From Schizochytrium sp. TIO01 (taxonomy: Eukaryota > Protista > Bigyra: Labyrinthulomycetes), in contig SMSO01000031.1 in the NCBI GenBank assembly GCA_004764695.1, positions 596,436 through 660,435 on the forward strand: DNA of 64,000 nucleotides, written 5' to 3'. Of this stretch, positions 28,112 through 40,266 are shown in pieces; the stretch's first letter is position 1; the number at the start of each line of letters is the position of its first letter. Under the pieces are notes generated by a model. That model worked only from the letters and a program-made list of their open reading frames with translations. It ran no database searches and was not told the origin of the DNA. The position numbers and the translations under genes are program-made.

Positions 28112-30530
28112 AGTCTGGCTCAGGGGAAGCTTCGACTAGAACGATTGGCGCTGTAAACGCCGTGGGGAAGCAGCTCCTGAAGACACGCGACCCCGACTCC
28201 GGCGGAGACAAAAGCTCAGAAGCGCAGTTTCTTGCAGCAGCGGCAACGCGACAAAGCTCTCGAGCAATGGCGGCGCATTAAAGCGCACCTGAGCGAGCGA
28301 GCGTGGCGCAGCTTATGAGATAGGCCCCGCAGACCTTTCGAAGGAGCGGCATCGTTGCGCCTCTTGGTCCTTTGTTTGCAGCAGGCAGCTGCGATGAGAC
28401 GAGCGCCGCTCTGATGCAGGAAAGCAGAACGAAATAGCGCATTCATTCGCAATGTGCGAGAAGAGGGCGGGCGCTGTCCGAGCCGAGTGACCTCGAGGCG
28501 AGTGGTAGCGGAGCTGCAGCAGCAGTGGGACCATTGTGGGAGGCGGAGGTGTGGGTGTGGGGAAAGAGGAAAGGGAAGCCCGGTTTGTGAGGGGAAGAGA
28601 GGCGGAAGGGCCCCGCAGTGAGGGGCTGGTGCGGGAGCGAAAGACAGCCTCGACCCGGAGTGAAAGACAGGCAGGCGCGCTGATGAGCGGTTAGGCGCGA
28701 GAGGATGCTGCAGAAGATAGATAGATCAGAGGCTGGCGGCAGGATGCCGCTGCTCGTACGAGCGAGACATAGAGATTGGCTCGGGGGGTGGAGAATAGGC
28801 AGTAGGTCACCACCGTTGGTGGCTCGCGTGGAGAGCTTGCTTGGAACTAACTAACTGCCTGTGCCAGCCAGCCAGCAGGCAGACTGGGCGAGGAAGTTGC
28901 AGACGTGGAAACCAGCTCGAAATCGTTGGCTGCTTTTAGGAAAAGAATAGGAGGGAAGCGACTGCCTTGCGTGGCCATTGACGGGCAATAAGAGAGCGGA
29001 GGAGGGATGTATCTTAGCAGGAATGGCTGATTGACAGCCTAAGGATCTGACGGTCTATTGAGAAACGCAATTCAAGACCTTTTACAACTGCTTGGCCAAC
29101 AACATTTCCGCAGAAGAGGAAGAAGTTACCACCTTCGATTAAAGCTCCTACCTAGCTAGCTAGCTAGAAGTAGTAGTGGCGTTGACTTCGTAATGGACAT
29201 TCTTTCGCGTATTTTTCATTTGTTCATATGTTCAAGGTATGTAACAGAAGCACTAACACTGCAACTGCTACAGACTTACTTCGCCATCCAGGCAAATGGT
29301 ATAAGATGTTTGCGACCCCTGGTACTAGCCCCACAGACACCACGTAACACCAGTAATGCTATCATCTGTAATATACAGGCAATAGTCCGAGTAACGCTGA
29401 TTGCTAACCTTAGACAGAAAATCGAATAAGTCGAATGGTTTCCTCGTGGGTGCATAAACTGCCGGGACACAGTTTTCTTACTCACGGTCCGAGCGAAGAA
29501 GCGATTTTACAAATCAAGAAGAAGATTTACTCTTTGAAAAAGAAAGACTTACTTTAACTGATTGGAAGCTTGTTGCCCATAATAGCTGTCTCCACATTGA
29601 AACATATTGCATACGTACCCAAAACTGCTGGTACATATAGCCTCCCCACTTAACTTCAACACCAGAAGCGATTGTTGTTTAACTCAGGATCTTTTTGCAA
29701 ATAGTTTTTATAGTACAAAAGCAACAGTCCACTTCTTTTCATTTCATAACATTAACGAACCCAAAAATAAATAGCATTCAAAATCTTCACTGGAGGCTGC
29801 TTGCTGCTGTTAAGCTTCTTCATGTCAAAGCTTGCCAAGCTTGCCAAATTAAAGTCATTTCTCCTCTCAAAATAAGCAAAATAATGCTATCATACGATCC
29901 CCACTTACGGTTCCTGCGTCTTCGATTTATTGATATTTCAAATGTATTTTAGAGAGAATGTAGTATTTACATAAGCAAAACAAGGTTTCTGATAAATCGT
30001 CAATGTGAACAGACAGACATACATAAAATATCAAAATTTGCTCTTATTTCCTTTTGAAAGTTTGCGGAATACTTTGAATTAAAAAAAGAAAAGGAAAAAA
30101 AAAAAAACACTGAAATTATGCATGACGTTGAGCTATGAGATTTTAAAAGTATATGTGTCTGTTGCCAAACCATCTAGATGACTTATCTATAAAACAAAGG
30201 ATTTCTCGGAGAACAATTCCAGGGAATGGTAGTTGCATCTCTGTGAAACCCTGACGATACTTCGAGTCTAAATAACTAAACCTCCAATTCTGCATTTAGT
30301 GATGCCACATATATTCCACTGACTAGGCTATTTTATTTTGTTCTCGCATTTCAAAGTTGGACGAAAACTGGATGAGTCAATTGCCAGAAGGTAGAATTGT
30401 TAAACATCACACATCATCTTAAGAAGCGACACAAATTTGTATACAGATGACACTTCTTTAGACCCCTTTTCGCGATTCACATTGCAGGTTAACGTTAATC
30501 AATCTTTAAGTATTTAAATTATTATATTGC

Positions 30531-33169
30531 TGCTGAAAGATGAGTCTGGTCAGCTTGAGGTTGACTAATAAGATGAATAAGATGAAAGCAAGGTTCTTAG
30601 TAATGGTTTTAGGAAGGTTGATTTAAGAGTTAGCAAACCGCTTTCCTGGAGAATAAACCTCCATGACCGATGGATTCGTGTAGGAATTTAGGAGGTTAAG
30701 ACATTCTTGAAAGGTATAGAGATAATCGATGGGGCTGACTTAATTCAACCTCTTCAGCCATCGATTCAAATTGCACCATCCTTGGATGTAGGCAAAGGGT
30801 GTAGTCACACTTTTGACTCTTGGCTCTAGCATCCACATGAATCTGGCTGCATACTCGTGCTCTATTGTAAGCTCTATGTCTACTAGGGTTTCACAAAGGA
30901 CGCCAAGAACTCTAGCAATGTCTTGTCCACTAGTTCCTTCAATTGGAGATCTCGGCAATAGCCTGAATCTATCAATTTCAGCCTCTGCTTGTTGCTGTGT
31001 TCCTCAAATTTGCGTAATCGATACATGGTAGCAGCAAATTGTGAATCATTCAAGAAGTTGTTAAAAATGGTATGTTAGTTCGAACCAATTTACCTACTTA
31101 TCCTCACACCAGGTAAAGGATTCTTATTTTGAATCATGAATAAAAGCAGAGCGAAGCAATTGTACGGCACACACAATGCTAATTGGAACCAATAAACGGT
31201 TTTAACAATGATCTCATAAACAATCACTGTCTGCTGTTGAAGCTCTCTCTATGGACCTATCCCCTTCTACCCGAAGCTTTCAATGAACTTGTAAGGAATT
31301 GTTCAATCACCCGGACTTCAAAAATCCCAAATATGGAACTCTTATTTGCAAAACATTGCCACACTGGAATCCGCACGGGAACTATGTAGTAAACAATGAA
31401 AAATATATATATAAGTATGCATTTCCATAGCTCAACATTAAATCCTCTATGCGTTGTTAGATGGCATCATCAATTCATTTTGGGCAAAACATGACATCGA
31501 TATCACATCAAGTCTAGCAGTTTTTGTTAAAAGATTTATAAATATTTAGATATAAAGCAAGCGTGTAAAGATTTCCTCTAGGTTCACATAAATGCCTAGG
31601 AGTCTAGGATACCATTTCATCTCATAAATTTGCAAATACTCAGAAGAAGTTATTAGCATGTCAAAAGTTTGCCGATAAAATTTAAAGAAGAATAACTTGA
31701 GTCTCACCTTTGACGAGCCATCATGGATCTTCGAGTGGTAACATACACCTTAAAAGATTTTGACTTGATCACGTTCAAAGAGATTCAACCAAATGCACAA
31801 ACATTCATGTTAAAACTATAAAAATCAACGAACAAGATGCACATTATTCAAAGCTTTGGGGTCTGTGGTAGCAGAGAGAACTATTTGCTAATTATATACT
31901 TATAGCATTAACCAAGAGCTAATTTTGATGGGCCTTTGCCCATACTTTAAAAGAATGCCACATGCGTATGGCTGACAAACGATCGCTAATTTACCTCAAT
32001 TTCAACCGTCATTCACCATCTAATTATTTCCTCGGGAATGATTTATTGACTCTTTGACTCTAAAGGATTTGTCAGTTATTTGATTTCCATGTTGCATTCA
32101 TCTCAAACAGCATCAAACATATAATTAATTCCTTGCCATAATGCAAGGTTCAAAGAGAAATTTGCTTAGTCGTGAACATCAGCGATTCTATGTATTCTGA
32201 CGACTAAATTTGTCAAAGAAAGCGACTAACCTTTCATCCATATTATCTAAAATATATTGAATGTTCTGATATCGCCTTTATGTTTGTGCTTAGAGCTATG
32301 AAAATAATAGCTTGCTCCTGAAATGCGCTTGCCGAAACTTTGTAACTACACTTTCTCCATGTCTGAAGCCTTATTTACCACGTATGCTTTATAGACCTGT
32401 ATAATGTTCATGACCAAACTATTTTCAATTTAAAAAACTGATATTTTCAAATATACGAGGTCCCAAGTTTGGGTATCATACATTATATTTTCAATGCACT
32501 TTGTACTCCCCCCGTTGGCGCACTTAATTTTTAAAACATTTTAGTATTGTTCACGGAAGCAGTTGCTAGCTGATGAATCTGCGAAAATCTCCATATTGAT
32601 AACTTATTTATCTTTTCAATTTCAACATCATTATAGTAATTCTGAGTACGCACGCCGGACTTGATACTATTTGATTGGAACTATCCGACCAATAGACCAC
32701 CAAGGCTACATATATCTATCTATAAGTTAGGGGCGAGGTCCACAATCGAAGGAACTTGCGGACAAGACGTTGCTAGATTTCTTTGAGTCCCATCGCAAGT
32801 CCTTAAGAATGTAAGATTTACATAAGAGTCGAAAACCCAAGCAGATGCGAGGTTGGGAACTCAGGACAACCGAGAAGTGAAAGTGGACATTCCCTATAAT
32901 CAAGTATGATGGAATCTAAATTGATTCATGAAGGGACAAGTTAGCCAAGCCTCTTCAATTGTCTGTAGATCAGATCTACACTGTCTTCATCTCCAAATGA
33001 TAACATAACTTGGCCTGTCTTGAAATTAATTTCCAAAACGGCTGAACGCTAACTTTGAAAGTGAAAATTCAGCTTATAAAGCCTTCTTGAACCTTCTTCA
33101 GACCTTCCTCAAGGCGCTTGCCCTCATTTACATAGTCAACCTCTAGCTGACCAGATTCACCTCTCAGCA
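30531..33169. pseudogene. Diverged inverted duplication of a decayed coding-like sequence (arms about 30531-31440 and 32285-33169)
   Basis: 30531-30567 matches the reverse complement of 33133-33169 at 33/37. Reverse complement of 30905-30945 matches 32743-32783 at 36/41 (QLKELVDKTLLEFL vs QSKELADKTLLDFF). Weaker collinear anchors lie further in. Both arms carry many stops. Confidence 0.6.
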
Positions 33170-33393
33170 CTTAGAAAAACATTTCATGATAAAATTATAA
33201 TATCCTGCAATCTGCTGTATACCTCAGAGAAGCGGGACTGATTATCAATTTCTTGCGACCTTCCCAGCTTTGAGGAGCAACAACCATGCAAAAAGAAAAT
33301 GTTTACTGGTCGTCTATATTTTTTTGGTTTGTTTTGGTTTTGGTTTTTAATTAATAAATTAGAGACTCTCACTTTCTTTTTCTTTTTCTTTTG

Positions 33394-35587
33394 CTACTGC
33401 TGTTGTTGTTGATGATGATTGTCAAAAGGAAAAATAGACTTCGGAAGCCTGAGTGACTTTGCATGATCAAATGAATGAGTTCTCAAACCATCACCATCAT
33501 AGATCAAGATAACTGAGGTTTTCACATAGTCTTCAATCGGAACAACATGAATCCCCCTTCCTCTGGAGTTATACTTTGAAAGAGATGAGGCGTGAGAGGA
33601 AACCTCAGTGGAGGCCGTTGTTGTCTCAATAGTCTGGACCTCGTTGGGCAACGCTGTCATTCTAGGATGTCCCTCGGAATGGTCACTGAAAGAAAATGCA
33701 CTAGGGTTATTGATAACCTCACAAACCGCCTGACAGCTGATACTAGAAGATGGTTTTATTATTGAGCTGCCTTCCCATTGAAGCCCAGAATGCTTCATGT
33801 ACCTAGATGTAGTCTCCATTGACTCCGCAAGATAAATTCCATTGCCTAAGGCATTACCATGTCTCCGATAAATAGGATCCCCACTAAAGTTTCGTAGCCC
33901 AAGGCGAATAATCGAGTGCCAATTCGCACTAGGACTACCATGAAAAGCTAAGAAGGACCCATACTCACGTTGAAGGCTGGCAAAACGACTTTCTTTTTCT
34001 TCAGAACAAATGACCTCAAACTGGCAAACCGTATTTAGCCCTGGAATCTCTTCATCTGGCGGTAGACGCCGAAAGAAACTTCGATTGGAACTACCGACGA
34101 TCCACCCAAGGAGAGGATATAGATACTGGTTTATGCTATCTAAGGTCTTGCGTAGAATTTTATGTGATGTCATTTCGCGCAGCTTAATAATCGAAGGCAT
34201 TTCACGCATCGCGTCCTGAATTTCAGTAATGTTATCAGGTAAACCTATACCTTTAGGCATACAGAGATTTATTCCCCTTTGACCAGAAGGAAACAGCGCT
34301 GTACAAAATAGAACCAGTAGAAAATCCACCACTGTCGAATTCTCAAGGACCTCATACTCAATGTTGACGCCGAGCTTAAGCTCCTCTGATTGAAAAAGGC
34401 ATTTGTCCCTGGCACAAACGGATGGACGGTAGGTTGTCAATGGTAGACGATTCCAACAAAGCATGCAGTGAGTTGCTACATCAACAATCGCAATACTTAA
34501 AAAATTGCCCAAAACCTGAAATCGGACCCTTCACCAGTAGCCAAATGCAAAACCTTGGATTCGTCATCGGTGTGTTCAGATTGTGGACCTATAGAATTCA
34601 GCCGTTGTTTCTCAAACTTTATTCGCTCCTTTAAAATCCAAATCATTGAGCCATCTAGGTTGTCCTCAGGATGCGGGGGTTGGGCACTTTCAAAAACTTC
34701 CTTTCCTACCTTGGGAAAGTATTTTGTTAAGCTTTCTATCTTAAGCGTCTCAAACGATACTTGGGAATGGAATTTGCATAAAACGCGTACCACTGCAGAA
34801 CAGTCCCTCGCCGCCGTTTTTCTTCATTCGAAAGACACAAAGCTTGTAAACCCACAAGTTGGGTATGACTTAAACCGTGCTGCTTTTTCATATCTATCTC
34901 AAGCCATACCCATACTGTCAATGCGCCAACTGGAAAATAAGCACCTCGAACAGGTGACTTGAGCTTTGCGCAAGCGTCATGGACTTGATTTATAAGATAA
35001 TTTTGTTGAGGGAAACCTTCCACAGGGCTCAAGTGTCCTCTTTCTAGCTTCCCACAGAAACTATTAGATCTGCTTGAGGTCAGCTCAGTGCCGGCTTGTT
35101 TCTCGTACTCATCCTCCTCTGCGCTATCACCGTCTTCATAAACATAGTCGTCGTCATCATCGCAATAGTCTAGTTCTTGGTCAGATTCGTATTGTTTCGC
35201 CCCTTGCAACCCAGGTTGTGGTTCCTGTACCTTGCCTGTGTTCACGTTTAGTCGTGTCATCCCACCTACGTCGACACAATTTGCACGAACGCTGTCACAA
35301 GGTGGGACTAACTTGGGTTCATATTTCCTTGGTATTTTTTTGAGAAACAATGCTGAAGCTTTTGTGTCCTCAAATTCGTTATCCTCGGTATCCTGATCGA
35401 GGCTAGCATTTAACTTTGTACGCTTCAACACTCCCGAGCAAACCGGCCCTTCGGTGATACTTCGATTTTGATGGTCATTACTATTTAAGCAGGCATGCTT
35501 AGAATCGTCAGAGATGATGCGCAAAGAATGAGATTTGTCTTCTGTGCCCTCTTTTGCCTCAAGACCTTCTAGAGTAACTCCGGACAT
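33394..35587 (-). CDS. PARP6/PARP8-like mono-ADP-ribosyltransferase, interrupted by two apparent frameshifts
   Basis: Three overlapping minus-strand ORFs (34736-35659, 34497-34793, 33394-34512). The last has a C4 Zn-finger-like segment (HCMLC...RPSVCARDKC) and ART catalytic motifs AFHGSPSANWHSIIRLGL, HGNALGNGIYLA, SRY and GIHVVP. First in-frame ATG is at 35587. Frames join by adding one base at the A5 run (34817-34821) and the T6 run (34499-34504). Confidence 0.8.
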
Positions 35588-36563
35588 GGCTTGTTGGATA
35601 GGCCGGACCACGCAAGTTCCTGATGGCTCTTTGAGCGATCGAGTGACTCCCTCCGCCAAAGCCTTTATAAGGCTAGAACCCCTCTGCTTGCAGCCAATCT
35701 ATGCAGTCCTTCTCGCCTACGCAGTCTTTCTCAACCACCCCAGGCAGCGTCTGTGGCAATAGCAATTGGGCATTGCTTGGGTTCCTCGCAATTTGCTATC
35801 CCGTTCTTTGAAGAATCTGCTCTTTACCCCACCACTATAGCTTTGCTACTATCAACTCTAAAAGCGCTCCTAATTAAAAGCAAGCTTAAGTCGCTCTCAG
35901 ATTATTCAAAATAAATCACTAGTTGAGACGAAGCTTCTAGATAATTTTTGTGATGATCGATCGCGTAGAAGGGGACTATGCTTACTGCCAAACCCGCATC
36001 TCAAAGTCTCCCCTTGGCATGCCTCTCTACAGAGAAAAGAGATTTTAGCCTTGTTGCATTAAAGTTCGATATCGCCAGACTCTCAGGCAAACTAAACGCT
36101 AGCAAGAGTGCTTTTGAAGGAAACCACCCAATAAACTCGCTCTCATAATAATTTAACAAAAAAATATAGTAGTTATGAGTGACAGAGTCTAACGCGAAAT
36201 TAATGTCGAAGGCTGAGTATTCATCGCTATACTTCTGAAGGGATGGAACGCCCTGCAGTAAATGAAGCGTCTCTTGAAAATCAGAAGATCTTGCATGGAC
36301 TCCTCTGGAAAACCAAGCAAACGATGAACGGCAAAGCACAAAAACATAAAATTTCCAGTTGGAAATCTGTGACAGTCAACCAAACATTCAATGAGAAGGC
36401 TCTACATGAGGAAGGAAAAGCACAGTTTCAGCTACAGCACATCATGACTGACCGTTTGGACTCCACCACTTGTATGCTCTCATTAAGTTGCACGCGGCAT
36501 TGCACAAAGGAAAATATGGAAATGATAATCAAAAGCAATTCATAGTTTACATCAGCGACGACA

Positions 36564-39512
36564 TTAAAATCGTTCATAAGGCGCGGGATCAGGGTAAAGT
36601 GAGCTTAACATTGTGTACAAGGCTTCTATGAGGTCATCAGAAGGCTGTGTAACTAGATCATTGATACAAATCCACTGGGGTTTGCGACTCCTTATACGTT
36701 CAAGCGCATCTGGGAGGGCTTTGTCTTCAATGGTGAAATCGTTTATGCGGATGTACGCTGCACTCCCCTTCTTAGCCTTCGCATCAAATTCATGCGCATA
36801 GTAGTTTGCGTATACAAAAGGAACCCATAGCGAATAAGGTGTACGCCAGTGCTCGTAAGCTGTACGATCAAACTCTGCTTTCATACGCGTCTCAACTTCT
36901 TCAACAATACTTTTAATGAAAAAGAAGCCTTGGTGTCCAACTGTAAACATGTGTTCCCAACGATATCCAAGATCACGATGCATCATTTTGCCAACATTAG
37001 CAATCTTCTGTTGCCATGGATCGCGTCCTATTCGTGGTGCGCGTTCGACACCAAAGTGAATATTAGGAAGCGAGGAGTCTTCCGGCCATAGATCTTCAAA
37101 ATCAAGTTTCTTGCCTAGGAGAAAGTCATCATTCAAGTATATATAACACTCTGCCAGGCCAGGAATCTTTGAAATCTGAGTTTCAATAGCACACGAATTA
37201 AAAGTTGGTAAAGCACCTTGTTTGGAAGAAAAAATAGTCTTGTGTGAAACAAAGTGAATATTCATTGTTTCTGCCTTGTCCTCATCTAGCCATGATGGCC
37301 GTTGCCGGTCTGCAGTAACAATATAAATATTGCGGATCCATGGAGCAAAGACGCGAATACTTCTCAATGAAAATGAGAGGGTACTTGCTTTACCAAAGTC
37401 CCGAAAACGATATTCAAGATTTCCCACAGGCTTTGATCGACCTTCTCCAACATCCATTGTCCCGCTATAAGCGTCTGGAGGAATGTACTGCCCACGTAGC
37501 GCAATATGCGCGGGATCTGATCCATTAACCCATGTGTAAACAACATCAACCACCGGATGCCCTTGAGCATCTCTGCAAGAGATGCCCCGAGGGAGAACTT
37601 TTCTCCGAGGCTGGCTTTCAAGACCATCGAGAAATACCTTCCAGTAAAGGTCGCCACCACCAGCGGCTCCATGGAGACGGCCACCTCTTTTAGCAGGGCT
37701 TTCTCGATCTCGGGCCACACGCGGAGTTCGTGATGCTACCCTTGATCGCTCATCTGCCAGGTGAGTATTCCTTAATAATGTATCTTCAATGTCTGCTTGT
37801 GCATCAGCATTCTCAAGTTCTAAAATTTCCTCCCGAAAGTGCTTAGGCTCTTGCTCATCCGAGCCTTTGTTTGGACTATCAGTCAAACCATTCCCTCGCA
37901 CTTCAGAAACGTCTGTATGGCCATTACGTAACTGCGAGTGCCCCTGTATAGAAGGCTGTTGTACCTGGTTTGGCGTGTTGGAGTGGTGCATTCGCCGAGT
38001 GCTACGCTCACGAGTCTTATCAGACTGGCAGACTCGATGACACCCAACTCCTCGACGATCACAGCGAGCCCAATCTTCTTCGTGGCAAACAAGACCCACT
38101 TGCTGAGCGATGTCTTCCCGGAAAGCATACCAAAGTGGTTTGTTGTCTTGAAGAGTGACTGAACTCGAGGTCCAGCTTGGATCATCATGTGGAATGTCAA
38201 GAACAAACGTCTTACCTAGCACAGCGTATTCATGGCCGCGAGCGAAGAGCTCGAAGTGATGGGCTTGCTTATTAAAGCCTCGACCCTTGAATTGCTCCGG
38301 AAATATGGGCCAGTTTCCTGCAGTGCGACGTACAAAGTAAGGCTCAAACATGACTTCGTAAACAAGTCGATAAGCCTCACGCCGTGCAACCCACTCTGTG
38401 TGGCTAAAGGGCCCACTGTACGAGCGGTGATTCACGTGCATGGGCCGAACTGCACCAGCATTCAGCATTGCGCGAAGCTCGAGATAGTCCTTCGGCAAAT
38501 GCCGTGACACGGAGCCAATTGTCGGAGGAGCAATTGCAAGCTCGAAAGCTGCTACACAGAGCACTGCACTATCAGATAGACGCAGTGACTCAGTTGCTCT
38601 TTGTACATCGCGGCTTACTTCAAGAGATTGTCCACCAACTTTGGCATCGATGTCAACAATAAAACTGAAGCCCTCCGCATGAAGGACTCCATCTTGGGCA
38701 ATATTACGCATAACGTTCACAGGATAAGGGTTTCGTGCCCCCACAACGATGTGGAGGCTCAAAAAGCGTTCTGCTAAGCGATCTCTTTGTATTGAGCGGA
38801 CCCTATGATACCATGCTTTCAATTCGGTCACGTCTTGTTGAGAGCAAACTAGAATAGCTGCCGAGATGGGTCCTTGCCAAGACTCCAGCAGTTCTTCTAA
38901 CCTCGCGAGGCGGTTTAGGCCAAGCTGTGTAACTAGCGTGACGGACCAGCTTCCTGCCTCCCGAAGCCCCTCGCGCTCCTCTGCCTTAGTCCAGAACATG
39001 CGGATCTCCTTCATGCCCCAGCGTCCTGGCAAAATCGCCTCGCCGTCTTGGCCAAGATCTGCATCGCAAGTCGATGCCCCTGAAGCACTTGAAGATCCTG
39101 AAGTACTTGAAGTACTTGAAGATCCTACAGTAGTTCCAGTTGATGTGGCACTTGACAAAGGTGTTGAATCTGAACCAGGGTCAGAAGTCAAGTCAATGCC
39201 ATGGATCAAGATAGCCTTTGAGTCAATCCTTTGCCTTCTGGAGCTAGCCGTGGTCGCCTGAAAGCGAATTGCATTGTTCCATTCTGCGGAGCTTAAGTCC
39301 TCTCGCTTGATTCCCAGTTCTTCAGAACCCGTGTTCACGCTTGCAAGGCTCTCAACTAGGTTCTCTTCGTACAACTGGATGTCACATACATCTTTTGAAG
39401 TCGCTGAATCGACACCAAAATACACTGTAAGCCCTGCCGCGAGCGCGAATACAACCCAGAAGACTATGAGCTCGCAGCAACGCTGTTGTTGACGAGGCGC
39501 CAACATCTTCAT
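36564..39512 (-). CDS. Type II membrane protein: GT49 (LARGE/B4GAT1-like) glycosyltransferase fused to a C-terminal Stealth sugar-1-phosphate transferase
   Basis: Intronless ORF, probable ATG at 39512. TM segment LIVFWVVFALAAGLTVYFGV then a Ser/Thr-rich stem. GT49 motifs VTLVTQ, WQGPISAAI, YPVNVMRNIA, FIVDID, FEPYFV, FKGRGFNK. Stealth CR1 VDVVYTWVNGSDP, CR2 FSLRSIRVFAPWIRNIYIVT...LPTFNSCAIE...IPGLAECYIYLNDD, CR4 ICIND...YPDPAPYE. Confidence 0.92.
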   Translation of the reverse strand: MKMLAPRQQQRCCELIVFWVVFALAAGLTVYFGVDSATSKDVCDIQLYEENLVESLASVNTGSEELGIKREDLSSAEWNNAIRFQATTASSRRQRIDSKAILIHGIDLTSDPGSDSTPLSSATSTGTTVGSSSTSSTSGSSSASGASTCDADLGQDGEAILPGRWGMKEIRMFWTKAEEREGLREAGSWSVTLVTQLGLNRLARLEELLESWQGPISAAILVCSQQDVTELKAWYHRVRSIQRDRLAERFLSLHIVVGARNPYPVNVMRNIAQDGVLHAEGFSFIVDIDAKVGGQSLEVSRDVQRATESLRLSDSAVLCVAAFELAIAPPTIGSVSRHLPKDYLELRAMLNAGAVRPMHVNHRSYSGPFSHTEWVARREAYRLVYEVMFEPYFVRRTAGNWPIFPEQFKGRGFNKQAHHFELFARGHEYAVLGKTFVLDIPHDDPSWTSSSVTLQDNKPLWYAFREDIAQQVGLVCHEEDWARCDRRGVGCHRVCQSDKTRERSTRRMHHSNTPNQVQQPSIQGHSQLRNGHTDVSEVRGNGLTDSPNKGSDEQEPKHFREEILELENADAQADIEDTLLRNTHLADERSRVASRTPRVARDRESPAKRGGRLHGAAGGGDLYWKVFLDGLESQPRRKVLPRGISCRDAQGHPVVDVVYTWVNGSDPAHIALRGQYIPPDAYSGTMDVGEGRSKPVGNLEYRFRDFGKASTLSFSLRSIRVFAPWIRNIYIVTADRQRPSWLDEDKAETMNIHFVSHKTIFSSKQGALPTFNSCAIETQISKIPGLAECYIYLNDDFLLGKKLDFEDLWPEDSSLPNIHFGVERAPRIGRDPWQQKIANVGKMMHRDLGYRWEHMFTVGHQGFFFIKSIVEEVETRMKAEFDRTAYEHWRTPYSLWVPFVYANYYAHEFDAKAKKGSAAYIRINDFTIEDKALPDALERIRSRKPQWICINDLVTQPSDDLIEALYTMLSSLYPDPAPYERF

Positions 39513-40266
39513 CGTTACGATCTTCCATAGACTGTCTGGTCCATCGATTGGCGCAGAGGCAGTTTGCCGTGTCCCCCTCTCCTCCCAGTGAACTTCTCGG
39601 CCTCTCTCGCGCCGGAGATGGTCGTCTAGGATCTGGGCCGTGCGCACGGCCCAGCGTTCTGAGCGATCTGCATAGATTTGATTCAAAATCAAATTTGTTT
39701 GAAAATCTCAAACGTCTTATGTTCTCCATATTAGCATCATAATTGCATAGGAGTGCTTATGCTTGCCCTATAGTAACCATGGACCCCCAATATTATGGCT
39801 CGAACACCGGTGTGCGCGATTCGCTGCCGTACTGTAAAATGATGATACGATGCGCGGCACGCGCTGCGATGGGGAGTAGGCTCACGAGGAGGCAAGTACG
39901 AGGGCCGCGAGGGAATTGAAGGCGGAAATGGAGAACTTTTGGGAGCCTGAACGTTGATCTGGAGGTGACCAAACAAGTACGAACCACGATAGTGTGTGTG
40001 GCTGCTTCGTGGCAGGTAGGTAGGTACCAGATACATTAATGAATAGGAAGACCAAAGCCGAAGCGAGCAACACTGGACAAAACGAAGCATAAACCAAAGT
40101 GGGATTGACAAATTGAGAAGCGGCGCCGCTGAAGGACTCTGGGTGAGCTCTTGTGTGAGGCGCTGATTGGAAGGCGCTTTTGGGTTTTTTAGCCGTGCAC
40201 AGCAGGCTTGGCTTCAGCTGAAAGGTGATAGAGCGCCTTCGTTTGTCTAGGTTGAGTGTGGGCAGG

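Noticed and set aside
34516-34709. Intron (AAG|GTAGGA...TTTCAG|) as the fix for the second PARP junction
   Set aside because: In frame, but lacks a CTAAC/CTGAC branch point near the acceptor and the interval is open and protein-like; an indel is favoured, although the intron is not excluded.
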